Shown: positions 1-12,871, counted from the first letter of the whole stretch. The stretch: 63,876 nt of DNA, filler included, from Octopus bimaculoides (GCF_001194135.2; 6 parts of 5 records of this genome joined end to end with filler, not necessarily neighbours in it), one strand, 5' to 3'. Numbers and translations: made by a program. The notes: generated by a model not told the origin, from the sequence alone.

Positions 1-51
<51 letters not shown>

Positions 52-134
52 GCACACACATATATACATATAATAGTATACACACATACGCACACACATA
101 CATGCATATATAATAGTATATATATACACACAGT

Positions 135-322
135 GAAGGCGCGTGGCTTAGTGGTTAGGGCATTTGGCTCACGATCGTAAGGTCGTAAGTTCAATCCCCG
201 GCGACGCGTTGTGTCCTCGAGAAAGACATTTTATTTCACGTTACTCCAGTTTACTCAGCTGACAAAAATGAGTAGTACCTGTATTTCAAAGGGCCAGCCT
301 TGTCACGCTGAATCTCCCTGAG
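135..322 (+). mobile_element. tRNA-derived SINE (5' part), interrupted by a LINE fragment
   Basis: Pol III A-box-like TGGCTTAGTGG and B-box-like AGTTCAATCCC. The body segment aaagggccagccttgtcac is shared with the minus-strand SINEs at 6272-6558 and 12872-13253. Confidence 0.75.
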
Positions 323-730
323 AAGCTATGCCAACACTATGGAATAACAACAGAAAAAAGATGGTATAGGCACACCCCAGAAAAGGTCACAGAAAGCGAG
401 AAAGCAACCATACTCTGGGATATGCCAATACACACAGATAGAGAAATTAAGGCCAATAGGCCAGATATAATTGTCAGAGATCATGAAGAAAAAAAAATGC
501 TATCTATCAATACCAGCAGATGACAACGTTTCTCTAAAAGAAATGGAGAAACTTTTAAAATACAAAGATCTGGAAAAAGAGGTAGCTCGAATGTTGAATC
601 TAAAAGCAGAAACAATTCCTTTCATAGTAGGTGCCTTAGGTATAATAAAAAAATATTCAGACAAATACATAACAAAAACACCAGGACTTACAAATATACA
701 TAACATACAGAAAATTGCACTACTGAGCAC
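323..730 (+). mobile_element. Non-LTR retrotransposon C-terminal fragment with restriction-like endonuclease (R4/Dong-like), frameshifted
   Basis: Manual translation KLCQHYGI...KATILWDMPIHTDREIKANRPDIIVRD, then a frameshift to SIPADDNVSLKEMEKLLKYKDL...IPFIVGALG...IQKIALLS. These are the RPD and KxxKY motifs of RLE-type LINEs. The fragment runs into an N gap. Confidence 0.85.
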
Positions 731-1462
731 NNNNNNNNNNNNNNNNNNNNNNNNNNNNNNNNNNNNNNNNNNNNNNNNNNNNNNNNNNNNNNNNNNNNNN
801 NNNNNNNNNNNNNNNNNNNNNNNNNNNNNNNNNNNNNNNNNNNNNNNNNNNNNNNNNNNNNNNNNNNNNNNNNNNNNNNNNNNNNNNNNNNNNNNNNNNN
901 NNNNNNNNNNNNNNNNNNNNNNNNNNNNNNNNNNNNNNNNNNNNNNNNNNNNNNNNNNNNNNNNNNNNNNNNNNNNNNNNNNNNNNNNNNNNNNNNNNNN
1001 NNNNNNNNNNNNNNNNNNNNNNNNNNNNNNNNNNNNNNNNNNNNNNNNNNNNNNNNNNNNNNNNNNNNNNNNNNNNNNNNNNNNNNNNNNNNNNNNNNNN
1101 NNNNNNNNNNNNNNNNNNNNNNNNNNNNNNNNNNNNNNNNNNNNNNNNNNNNNNNNNNNNNNNNNNNNNNNNNNNNNNNNNNNNNNNNNNNNNNNNNNNN
1201 NNNNNNNNNNNNNNNNNNNNNNNNNNNNNNNNNNNNNNNNNNNNNNNNNNNNNNNNNNNNNNNNNNNNNNNNNNNNNNNNNNNNNNNNNNNNNNNNNNNN
1301 NNNNNNNNNNNNNNNNNNNNNNNNNNNNNNNNNNNNNNNNNNNNNNNNNNNNNNNNNNNNNNNNNNNNNNNNNNNNNNNNNNNNNNNNNNNNNNNNNNNN
1401 NNNNNNNNNNNNNNNNNNNNNNNNNNNNNNNNNNNNNNNNNNNNNNNNNNNNNNNNNNNNNN

Positions 1463-1540
1463 GAAGAAGAAGAAGAAGAAGAAGAAGAAGAAGAAGAAGA
1501 AGAAGAAGAAGAAGAAGAAGAAGAAGAAGAAGAAGAAGAA
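1463..1540. repeat. (GAA)n microsatellite
   Basis: Pure GAA array immediately after the gap. Confidence 0.95.
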
Positions 1541-2284
1541 ATATTAGCATGTCATAATTACAATATCAGCATATGACTAACGTCATAGAATCGCAGCAGA
1601 GTAAATAGTATGGTAGAATTGGCGCGGAAATACTAAACTTTTATTCTGTTGAAGAGCCGATAGCAACGTAACAAGCCTGGACGGCACATGGCGATAAAGG
1701 TGTCAAGAAAGAAGTAGATATAATTGATGATTATATATATAATTAAACCATTGAAAACGACCAGTCTGAAATGGTTTATCTGTAAGAGAGCAATTAGAAC
1801 AACAACAACAACGACAACAAAATAAAAACACAACAACAACAACAACACACGCAGAGACAACCGAAAAGATAAATGATTAAATGTCAAGCTTAATACGAAA
1901 CAGTTTATTTACAAATGGCGGATAAGTGTATACAGGCCGAGCGTGTAATGTTATGTGTTAGGCTGTCAGCTTGAGGGTGGTAAAATTCAAATTTGATTTG
2001 TCTAATTATGGGTTATAAAATTTTAAATTCGATTCATATAAAATACTTTGTTAATTACTTCAGTTTAGTGAACTTTCGAGAAGTAATTAATCACATTTCG
2101 TTTTCCACCTCGCCAACATAAAAAAAAAAGGAAAGATGCTTATATGGCGGTGTCCAAAGGTAGATCCAGAAAGAGCGTCTACAAAGTCGTTCGATTTGCT
2201 AGAAATAGTAGTCACCTCCTCTGCATATCACATCATACTGTTTTTTTTAAAGGACATGTTGAATAATGTACCTTTTTTTAAATT

Positions 2285-2680
2285 TATCTTTTTCAGTCAT
2301 TAGACTGCAGCCATACTGGACAATGCCCTGAAAGGCTCAGTCGAACAAATCGACCTTAGTACTTATTCTTTATAGTCTGGCTTTATTTTGTTGGTCCCAT
2401 TTGCCGAACCGCTATGTTACGGAGACGTAAACAAACTAACACCGGTCGTCAGCGGTGTTGGAAAACAAAGCCAGAAAAACACACACATACATACACACTC
2501 ACATATACATACACACACACACGCACACATACACGCACACACTACGGGCTTGTTTCAGTTTACGCCTACCAAATCCTCTTACAAGGCTTCGGTCTTCCCA
2601 GAGCATTAGTAGAAAGTACCTGCCCAATGTGTTCCATGCAGTGGGACTGAACCAGGATCCATGTTGTTAGGAAGGCACGC
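2285..2680 (-). mobile_element. tRNA-derived SINE family A (degenerate copy)
   Basis: Matches the better copies at 39973-40363 and 57065-57445 (cagtcatt..gactgc..gccat; ccgaaccgcta; internal (CA)n; gtgggactgaacc). Confidence 0.8.
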
Positions 2681-3214
2681 CTGAGTCAGTTATTGATAAT
2701 AAAAACAAAACAAAAATAAAGCCAGATGCCACAGATCGAATGCCTTTGCTAATGCATTTGCGCATTTCGTTCAGGGATAATATGGGATTAAACAATAGTA
2801 ACGATTACCAGCGAAGGAGTCACTATGTGGTCATTGGACCTGTTAGAAATAGTGACCAAAATTCCCTCAAATGAGTCTAAATAAAAAAAATGATGCAGTG
2901 GAAGATATTGCCTTAGCTAGCGCAATATATCAGAAAAAATACACGAGGAATGGTGACGAATGAAGAGTCTTTCATTATGCACTTCTCGCTTAGGGTGAAC
3001 ATGGGGCAAAACTACAACCCCACCAAGAACAGCAGCAGTAGCAGCAGCTGCAACAACAGCACCGACAATAATAGCTATACCAATAATTACCACTACTATT
3101 GCTACCAGTAGTAGTAGTTCATTGTGTCTCTGAGTATGACATAAGCTCTCTGATTTTATTTTGATAGCACCTATGTTTTAGCTAAAGAATCATTTCGATA
3201 GAATATATATATTT

Positions 3215-3248
<34 letters not shown>

Positions 3249-3249
<1 letters not shown>

Positions 3250-3408
3250 CGGGCTTCCTTCAGTTTCCTTCTACCAGATCCACTCACAAAGCTTTAATCG
3301 GCCCAAAACTATAGCAGAAGACGCTTGCCTAAAGTGCCATGCAGTGGAACTGAACCCGGAACCATAAGGTTGGGAAGCAAATTTCTTACCACACAGCCAC
3401 GCCTGCGC
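3249..3408 (-). mobile_element. SINE family A, 5' half
   Basis: The reverse complement gives the tRNA-like head gcaggcgtggctgtgtggtaag...ccgggttcagttccactgc. Confidence 0.8.
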
Positions 3409-3807
3409 CTATTAATTCTATTTTTGTGGGCTGATGGGGGGGTTTCACTTAGTAAACTGCGGTTAAGTTCGGGCCCTGTTTTCAAAGTTTTAAGCCGATT
3501 ATATCAACACAGTACTTTAAAAACTGCACTTAAATCACCATGTTATTTGTTTTGTCTTTATGAAAAAGAACAGACCTATTAAAAAAAAAAAAAATTTTAA
3601 TATTGTATTCAATGTTCTACAAAAGAAAACACAGCTGTTGCTCTGAGAGCACGTGTGACGGGTTAAACTGCGTGTGTGTGGCCTTACGTTGGTTTAAATT
3701 TTTCTCTACGAATATCTTTAGTCAAAAATTTCAGTGAAAATTACTGAATATGAGTGGGTAAGTGTATATGTATGTGCGTGTGCGTGTGTGTGTGAGTGTG
3801 TGTGTGA

Positions 3808-3857
<50 letters not shown>

Positions 3858-4053
3858 ATAGTAGTCTTTACCAATATGAAGTAAGAAAAAAACTCAACGT
3901 CTAACCATATTGCATATACGAATAATGAAGGATGGAGACTGTTTTATGTCAAAGCTTTGTCAGGTGAACTGCATAGTATTATCCAGCTCATATTACAAAT
4001 TTTGAGTATCATCGGGCACAACTTACAATTTCAAATTTCACTCGACGTACCAC

Positions 4054-4089
<36 letters not shown>

Positions 4090-5176
4090 GAAACTGAGCG
4101 ATTGGCACCGCGAGTGTCGCCAAGCTCTACAACAGCTCTGCCGTCCGGGATCAAACTTGTGCAACTTCCAAACGACCAATGCGTTCTATAGAGGACTAGT
4201 GGAGGGGAGGTTTGACGACACTCTCGGGGCAAACCTGGGTGTCGATGAGAAATTCCTAATCCGCCTTTTCAAGACGACGTTCGGGCCGGGGCCTATGGAT
4301 AATTTCCAGAGATCCCTGGCTTGGCAATGCTATCGGGACGCACTACCAGTTCGAGAGAAAATCTACAGACACGGTTCGAAAACCACCGGACCGACCTGCC
4401 TGAGATGCGGTCAGAGCGACGAAACCGTTCTGCACGCACTCGTGCAGTGTCCAGATATTTCAGAGCTGTGGACCTTCGTCGAACGGCTGTTGTCGCGTGT
4501 GGGACGAGCCCANNNNNNNNNNNNNNNNNNNNNNNNNNNNNNNNNNNNNNNNNNNNNNNNNNNNNNNNNNNNNNNNNNNNNNNNNNNNNNNNNNNNNNNN
4601 NNNNNNNNNNNNNNNNNNNNNNNNNNNNNNNNNNNNNNNNNNNNNNNNNNNNNNNNNNNNNNNNNNNNNNNNNNNNNNNNNNNNNNNNNNNNNNNNNNNN
4701 NNNNNNNNNNNNNNNNNNNNNNNNNNNNNNNNNNNNNNNNNNNNNNNNNNNNNNNNNNNNNNNNNNNNNNNNNNNNNNNNNNNNNNNNNNNNNNNNNNNN
4801 NNNNNNNNNNNNNNNNNNNNNNNNNNNNNNNNNNNNNNNNNNNNNNNNNNNNNNNNNNNNNNNNNNNNNNNNNNNNNNNNNNNNNNNNNNNNNNNNNNNN
4901 NNNNNNNNNNNNNNNNNNNNNNNNNNNNNNNNNNNNNNNNNNNNNNNNNNNNNNNNNNNNNNNNNNNNNNNNNNNNNNNNNNNNNNNNNNNNNNNNNNNN
5001 NNNNNNNNNNNNNNNNNNNNNNNNNNNNNNNNNNNNNNNNNNNNNNNNNNNNNNNNNNNNNNNNNNNNNNNNNNNNNNNNNNNNNNNNNNNNNNNNNNNN
5101 NNNNNNNNNNNNNNNNNNNNNNACATTGTAATTTGTCCATTTTCTGTATTTAGCACTGTGTGGCTATAATAAAAAG
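4090..5176 (+). mobile_element. Tx1/L1-clade LINE, 5'-truncated copy 1 (zf-RVT region, gap, then 3' end)
   Basis: Translation ...FQRSLAWQCYRDALPVREKIYRHGSKTTGPTCLRCGQSDETVLHALVQCP has the CxxC...HxxxxC zf-RVT pattern. After the gap there is a 3' terminus with AATAAA, followed by (TATC)n. Confidence 0.85.
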
Positions 5177-5190
5177 ATATCTATCCATCC

Positions 5191-5235
<45 letters not shown>

Positions 5236-5250
5236 ACTAACTATCTATCT

Positions 5251-5743
5251 TTCCCTTAACCGGGAAGGTAAGGCAGTTTTAATCGTACTGGTAGCCATGG
5301 TGAAAAAATATGTGTAGTGGACTCGAGCGAAAGGTTTAGAGACAAACACTTACCTCTCTGGCCAATCGCTCATCAACTTTTTCAAGTACCACTTGAAAAG
5401 GAAGGTGAGAATAGAGAGGCAAGTTTTGTCTCGTGAAAGTTTCAATAAAAGGTGGCAAAGATGGTGCGTGCGAGTGATGAAACCACTTTGAGCATGATCC
5501 TGTAAATCGAAAAGAGAGAGAGAGCACTTTTGCTTTCATGTGTCTGTTCCCTCCTTGCCTAAGGTTACTGTAGTCTTTTCCGTAGGCTTTTCATTCCACG
5601 GTTAAACCTAATCTTGCTTCTTACATTTTAAAAATTTTTCTGTGATACACGATCCCTTTTGATGGTTTTTTTTTCCGAAAAGAAAAGCTCTGCATTGTAT
5701 TTTGTCCTCTCTGTGTTCGGCCCTGTGTGGCTAATAAAGAAAC
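5251..5743 (+). mobile_element. Tx1/L1-clade LINE, short 5'-truncated copy 2 (ORF2 C-terminus and 3'UTR)
   Basis: Frame SLNREGKAVLIVLVAMVKKYV*WTRAKG...YHLKRKVRIERQVLSRESFNKRWQRW, with stop at 5489-5491. The terminus cattgtattttgtcc...ctgtgtggctaataaa is homologous to 5123-5173. Confidence 0.75.
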
Positions 5744-5756
5744 TTTATCTATCTTG

Positions 5757-5802
<46 letters not shown>

Positions 5803-6028
5803 GTCTGTCTGTCATAGGTTCGGAGCCAGGGAGCGCAAGCGCACGCCTTAGAATTTTTGTGGAGCGATGAAAATGCTTTGAACATCCTCCTGAGAAACTT
5901 CATTGCCAAAACGAACGAGCGAAGAAACATTTTTGATCTGATATGAAACATTACTTTTCCATTATTGAATTTATCTGATTTGATTAACGTCCAAATGTCA
6001 TAAAAATTATCGTTATTATACCTGTGTT

Positions 6029-6246
6029 AAAAAGGCAGCTAGCTGGCAGAATCTTTAGCACGCTGGACGAAAATCTTAGCGGTATTTCGCCCGTCGCTAC
6101 GTTCTGAGTTCAAATCCTGCCGAGGCCGACTTTGCTTTTCATCCTTTCAGGGTCGATAAACTCAGTACTAGTGAAACACTTCGGTCGATTTAATCGACTA
6201 GTTCCCTCCCCTCAAATTACAGACTTTGTGCCTTTTAGAGAAAGGA
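6029..6246 (+). mobile_element. SINE family B (resembles Meta-domain SINEs) with 16-bp TSD
   Basis: Head aaggcagctagctggcagaa...gagttcaaatcc and core gactttgcttttcatcctttcagggtcgataaa. TTATTATACCTGTGTT is duplicated at 6013-6028 and 6247-6262. Confidence 0.85.
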
Positions 6247-6271
6247 TTATTATACCTGTGTTTGTTTTAAT

Positions 6272-6558
6272 TGTTGTTGGCACTCCGTCGCTTACGACGT
6301 CGAGGGTTCCAGTTGATCCGATCAACAGAACAGCCTGCTCGTGAAATTAACGTGCAAGTGGCTGAGCATTCCACAGACACGTGTACCCTTAACGTAGTTC
6401 TCGGGGATATTCAGCGTGACACAGTGTGACAAGGCTGACCCTTTTGAATTACAGGCACAACAGAAACAGGAAGCAAGAGTGAGAGTAAGTTGTGGTGAAA
6501 GAGTACAGCAGGGTTCGCCGTCATACCCTACCGGAGCCTCGTGGAGCCATTGCGCCTG
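6272..6558 (-). mobile_element. SINE family C, with most of the tRNA head deleted
   Basis: Highly similar to 12872-13253, but jumps from gtggagc directly to cattgcgcc. Confidence 0.85.
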
Positions 6559-7209
6559 CACATTTGTTTTAATATTAAGATAGAAAAAAAAATCGACCTT
6601 GTTTGTAAAAAAATTTGAACCCGGGTTTGCACCTCCTTATGAAGGAAAGAAGGGATTTTGTATATTGAGTTAATTCATTACAGCAATGCATGGTTTCGGA
6701 TTTTAATCTTATGTTATAATTCCCATCATATTTAGCAATATTATATTATCTATCGTATCATATCATATATCATATATCATATCATATCATACATACGTAT
6801 TTTATAAATATATTAATTTTTACGAGCTTTCCAGTTTCGGCTTGTTCATCTTCGTCATCTTCGTCAGAATGTAAAGTTATTAAATATATTCTCAACTAAA
6901 AAGGTATCCTTCAGTTTCATGTTAAATTGATTTTTATATATAGCTTGACACAAAAAGAAACATTAATATGTGTGCGTGTGTGCGTGTGTGCGTGCAAACA
7001 GCAGCGAATACAGTCTTTGTACAGGTCAGATATGTGTCAAACATATTTGAACTGATCTAAAAGTTTGTTTCCTCACAACACTGCTTGAAATCGTGATGCT
7101 TCGGTTGTTAGATTAGTTTATTCTCCCCAAAGTTAAAATAAGATTAGATATACACTCCTTTCGTAGAGCTAGTCTATATTTTCTATATTGTTCTATATAT
7201 TCCTCTGTT

Positions 7210-8660
7210 TAATTAGCTTCCGGTATAATGAGTATTAATAGACAGTGTAATTAATAAATCTCTAAGTTATCAGTGTCATATACCTATAGATTATTAAGCT
7301 AATTAACTGTTATTCTAGGACCAAAGTGTCATTATTGATCATTTTGACAAAGTGCTAATATAACGAACGCTGTGTTGATAGTTTTAATCACATGACTCGT
7401 ACCCTTGGCAGTGGATCACCAAACCATTGAAGACATGTCTACATAGTCTCATGACCTACATGAAATAGTGGTCAAATTTTCTACAAAACCAATTGTAGTA
7501 ATAAAAAATTATTCAACCTGATCGGGTAGATTAGGTCGGATAATTAATTATCTCGGCAGGCAAGATAATCCAGATTATAATCACGTTGGGTTAATAATAA
7601 ACAGAATTACGCTATAAGTTAACTGCCACTTCTAAATTACCCGTGGAAGCATGTAATTTGAACCATATGTGCAGTAATTAGATCGAATGGTCTATAATCT
7701 ATTAATTAGTTAGGGTAAATATCCGATAAGATAACATAACCAGATAAATTATTTCAGCTAATTATATGGTAGAATTATGTCATTGCCTAATTATTCAAGG
7801 CAATTAGCTGTAATCTGAATCTTAGGTCGACTAGTGAAAACTGTTAATTATTTCCAGTAAATAGCAAAAGCTAGCTGGAATAGCGCCGCCGATGTTATGA
7901 ACAGATTAAAAACAAACGGGGCCTGCAGCTATAAGTTACTTTTTTAAGCAGGCTGGCTAATAATTAACACATGATCCTATTATACTTTCACAGACATTCC
8001 TGTTCACGAATTCCTCTTCTACCACAATCACTGCAATCAGGTTTCTGTGCTGTGTCTACTTATCTTCACTGCTTCTGTTAAATTTAACCAGTTCGTCTTT
8101 GGTGAAATTTAAGCCATGCTGAACTATGAACTGGCGTTCCTTTCTATTCAGGAAAAATCAAAAAACAAAAAAAAACATTCGTAGTGATGGCGATGGAGGC
8201 AGCTGTGGAGAAGGTGACGACAAATGTTTGTTTTTCCAATTAACTAATTGAGAATCAAGCACGTGCAATTAAGGTGGAATTAAATAATAATCACAAATAA
8301 CTTAAGGATTAAATAATTATTGCGGATTAAGTTAGTCAGATAATTATAGTGTGTTTTAATCCAAGTACTTTTTACTCATGAGTCACGTAATTAGCTTCTG
8401 GTATAATGAGGATTAATAGATCAACTAATTAATTGATCACTAAGCTAGTAGTCTAATATACCGAGAGATTATTAGGCTAATTAATGTTATTCTCGGATCA
8501 AAGATTCGTAATTCGTCATGTTGGTAATATGCCAACATGGCGACTAGTGAGTCGATAGTTCTTATCTCATAACTAATACGTTTGGCAACGGATCACCGGC
8601 CATGGAAGGAATCTCTACACAGCTTCTTGAACTATTAGAAATATCAGCCAAACCTCCCTT
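7210..8660. repeat. Diverged ~270-bp direct repeat (7210-7480 and 8388-8660) flanking a TAATTA-rich region
   Basis: Both copies begin taattagcttc(c/t)ggtataatgag(t/g)attaataga and share gattatta(a/g)gctaattaa..tgttattct and ggatcacc. Confidence 0.75.
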
Positions 8661-9462
8661 AAATCTCATCATAACTTTTTAAAAAAGGACCCACATTGGA
8701 ATAATGTGGTCTTGGATAAACTAAATCTGAACATACAAACAAATCTTAGAGGGACACGATAGGATATTTTATTGAACATTTGCCCTATCAAGAGTGACTA
8801 AAGATTAAACAACAACAACAACAACAGCAACCAACAAGACTATTACAAATAACCCTCAAGTGATTCTGTCCACTAATGCTTCACTGAGAAACTCTAAAAT
8901 CCAACCATGTTCTGCTGCTTTCAGAGTAGGGTTTGGCTTAAGAGAGATTAACACTCTAGGTTAATCAAGACTGAGTACACCTCTGATCAAAGACTACACA
9001 AAGACAGGATATCAATCCTGTCTTTTTAAGGATATCAAGAAAACTATCTAACAGCCTACTGTTCCCTGTTTTTCTTTTAAACGGCAAGGTATGATTTGAA
9101 CGAGATTTAGCTTCTTTTTCCGTTTCAGGTGTCCTTCCATTTTGCTAAAGATAGACAACATCTAATACGATTTGCATCATTTTTGCTTTTAGTTTATTTG
9201 CTTTTTCTTTTCTTGAGTAGTAAGACGAGCGCTTTTTTTTTTTTTGGTGAAATTCTATTCTTCCTAACAAGTTTTTCCACATGTCATAGGTTGGCGGATT
9301 GGCTGTGATACAAGTTTATATGTATAAAAAGAAAAAGGCAGAGAGAAAAAAATTGGGGCAAACATGGTTATGTGGTTACGAAGTTTGTATCACATCTACG
9401 AGATTCCGGTTTAGATTTCACTGTAATACACTTATGACAACAATTTTCTACCTTCCCTCGTC

Positions 9463-9493
<31 letters not shown>

Positions 9494-9775
9494 TGTATGT
9501 ATGTATGTATTTATGTATGTATGGATAGGCATATAACAAGCCAGCCGACACAAAAAATCTCTAGTGAGACTTCTTTATCAATATACCTGAAGAGAAGAGA
9601 TCCAGACCGATGGGTTGGAACGTATGTTGTACCTAATAAAAGTCTAATTCGAAAACTGAAGTGTACCACAACTACGGATGACAACAGATAGCCTAAACTG
9701 TGCCGGTGCTCTACTCAATATTTAAACACACTAATCTAATTATACGTGTTTGTCTAAATTTTCTATTATTTTATA

Positions 9776-9991
9776 TTGGGTTGGTGCATAATTATTGCGG
9801 CTTTTTTTTTTTCAAATTTTATTCAACAAAAACAATAACAACATGTAACAAAAACATCTTTAAATGATTATTCCGGAGCATATTCACCATCTACTTCAAC
9901 TACTGTTTCCCATTTGCTTGGCAGACGGCCATACCATCATTTAAAGATGTTTTTGTTAAATATTGTTAATATTTTTGTTGAATAAAATTTG
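9776..9991. mobile_element. Mariner-type palindromic MITE (right end in gap)
   Basis: TA followed by TTGGGTTGGTGCATAATTATTGCGG (MADE/mariner-like TIR). Internal arms 9813-9868 and 9936-9991 are reverse complements. Confidence 0.7.
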
Positions 9992-10112
9992 NNNNNNNNN
10001 NNNNNNNNNNNNNNNNNNNNNNNNNNNNNNNNNNNNNNNNNNNNNNNNNNNNNNNNNNNNNNNNNNNNNNNNNNNNNNNNNNNNNNNNNNNNNNNNNNNN
10101 NNNNNNNNNNNN

Positions 10113-10149
<37 letters not shown>

Positions 10150-11105
10150 ATAAACAAGAGTGAAAAACTACAGAAGGCTTGTGTTACATGGTTAAAGTAT
10201 ATATTTAAATTATGTCAGAAAAATGTTATAACATTTTGTGTATAGAAACATTGTGTTTGGAGAAATAACCGGTTTCGTGTTGTCTTTTCAAATTTCTCTA
10301 ACTGTATCGTAACATGTCTTCGCTCCAGTATATATAGAACAAATAGTGAGGGGTTATCACTCCGGGCAAAATACTTCATAAGCTCTCTGTGGTTACACCA
10401 AACTGACAATATTACTAATTTCACGAGCAGGTTAATCGGTTGATCGGATCAACTGGAACCCACGCCGTCGTAAGCGACAGACTACCATCTTCCTTAAATC
10501 GTACAAACCCATTTCCAATTAAGAACGAACACATTTGCTAGATTGAATATATCGCAGTCTTACTCCAATCCCTAAAAAATACAGGATGCTTTTATACATG
10601 ATTGGTCTGTTCCATGACGACTGACTTGCAATAAGCAGCAACTATCACTACTGCTGTTGGCTGTTGATGTCACATAAATTGCACCTCCTGCTGCTGTTGC
10701 TGTTGTCGCTTGTGTTGCTGTTGCTTCTGCTGCTAAAGTTGTCTCTGTAGCTGCTGCCTTTGGCTCGGTTCCCACACAGCAAAAACAGCGCATAATTTCG
10801 TACCCAGTGACCACAATGATTTCCATGGCATCTGCATTCACTTAGTAATCAGTTTTAACGTTACATCTCACCAACCTCCGCCATCACCACCGCTACAACC
10901 GCTTCCACCATCTTCACCACCGCCATCATGAGTTCATAATGTCTATTGTAGAATTGTGTACTTGGTATACACCCCCCCACACACACACATACACACACAC
11001 TCACACGTATGTGTATACATACATACATCGTTTCCATATTGACTTTCTTACATACGGTTAATTGTATCTTTAAACATTTCAATGCATCTACCACATGCAT
11101 GAATG

Positions 11106-11165
<60 letters not shown>

Positions 11166-11282
11166 ATAAGTATAAATATGTATACCACATGTGTGTATGT
11201 AATATATACGGTGTTATACTATATTATATATACTAAATATACACATGTATACTTGAAAACGTAAACTGTTTGGGTTCTTTTC

Positions 11283-11683
11283 TACTCAAGGCACAAGGCC
11301 CGAAATTAGATCGACACCAGTACGCAACTGGTACTTAATTTATCGACCCCGAAAGGATGAAAGGCAAAGTCGGCCTCGACGGAATTTGAACTCAGGACGC
11401 AAAAACAGAGGAGAAACCGGTAAGCATTTCGCCCGGCGTGTTAACGTTTCTTATTTCTTTATTGCCCACAAGGGGCTAAACATAGAGGGGACAAACAAGG
11501 ACAGACAAAGGGATTAAGTCGATTATATCGACCCCAGTGCGTAACTGGTACTTATTTAATCGACCCTGAAAGGATGAAAGGCAAAGTCTACCTCGGCGGA
11601 ATTTGAACTCAGAACGTAACGACAGACGAAATACCGCTAAACATTTCGCCCGGTGTGCTAACGTTTCTGCCAGCTCACTGCCT
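11283..11683 (-). mobile_element. Two nested or tandem SINE family B copies
   Basis: The core atcgaccc(c/t)gaaaggatgaaaggcaaagtc and the B-box ggaatttgaactcag each occur twice. Confidence 0.85.
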
Positions 11684-12366
11684 NNNNNNNNNNNNNNNNN
11701 NNNNNNNNNNNNNNNNNNNNNNNNNNNNNNNNNNNNNNNNNNNNNNNNNNNNNNNNNNNNNNNNNNNNNNNNNNNNNNNNNNNNNNNNNNNNNNNNNNNN
11801 NNNNNNNNNNNNNNNNNNNNNNNNNNNNNNNNNNNNNNNNNNNNNNNNNNNNNNNNNNNNNNNNNNNNNNNNNNNNNNNNNNNNNNNNNNNNNNNNNNNN
11901 NNNNNNNNNNNNNNNNNNNNNNNNNNNNNNNNNNNNNNNNNNNNNNNNNNNNNNNNNNNNNNNNNNNNNNNNNNNNNNNNNNNNNNNNNNNNNNNNNNNN
12001 NNNNNNNNNNNNNNNNNNNNNNNNNNNNNNNNNNNNNNNNNNNNNNNNNNNNNNNNNNNNNNNNNNNNNNNNNNNNNNNNNNNNNNNNNNNNNNNNNNNN
12101 NNNNNNNNNNNNNNNNNNNNNNNNNNNNNNNNNNNNNNNNNNNNNNNNNNNNNNNNNNNNNNNNNATATATATCAATGAGCAGGGAGTAGACAGAAGACT
12201 GAGAGACGGAGAGAGAGAGATAGAGAGATAGGGAGAGAGAGATATTGTAAAAATCTGGTGAATCGCCTCTTGCCTATAAATCAATCCATGACGGTATAAT
12301 TATCTGTAATAAAACCATTCCAATTTATATATATTAATGAATCTCTGTGACTTCACACTTTTCTTT

Positions 12367-12418
<52 letters not shown>

Positions 12419-12871
12419 TCTCTCTCTATTTCGTTTTCTCTATCTCTCTGTTTCGACTTCTCTATATATCCCTCTCTCTGTTTCGTCTTTTCTCTTCCTC
12501 TTTCTCTTCTCTCTCTCTCACTCTCTCTTTCCTTTGCTGTATTTCTTCTACTACTTCTACACTGTCACTGGAATTATTGTTTATCTTTTTCTTCTTGGTA
12601 ATTCATCCCTTTTAGAAGTTAAGTAAGTTATTACATATTTTTCTAGGCTGAGGTATTTAATCGCAGCATTAGGCAAAGAGTAACACATTTATTCGCATTG
12701 TCCTAGTCACCCTCGTGTAGAAATAAAGGTTACCACGATGCCACTGACGTCCCAGTTTAGCCCTGATCGAGTAGACATTATAATCAAAGACATTTCAGCC
12801 GTACCCATCCTATTTTATCAACTGTATCTAGGCCTACATTATCTAAAATATATATCCATTTCTAAGAATGT

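Noticed and set aside
6835-6903. Possible 69-nt exon or acidic SDEDDEDE frame
   Set aside because: The signals on the two strands conflict and no partner exons were found; it may be a short triplet repeat.
10572-10841. Ala/Thr-rich 89-aa minus-strand ORF
   Set aside because: It is built on degenerate GCT/GTT triplet repeats, the opposite strand is similarly open, the splice signals are weak and no family was recognised.
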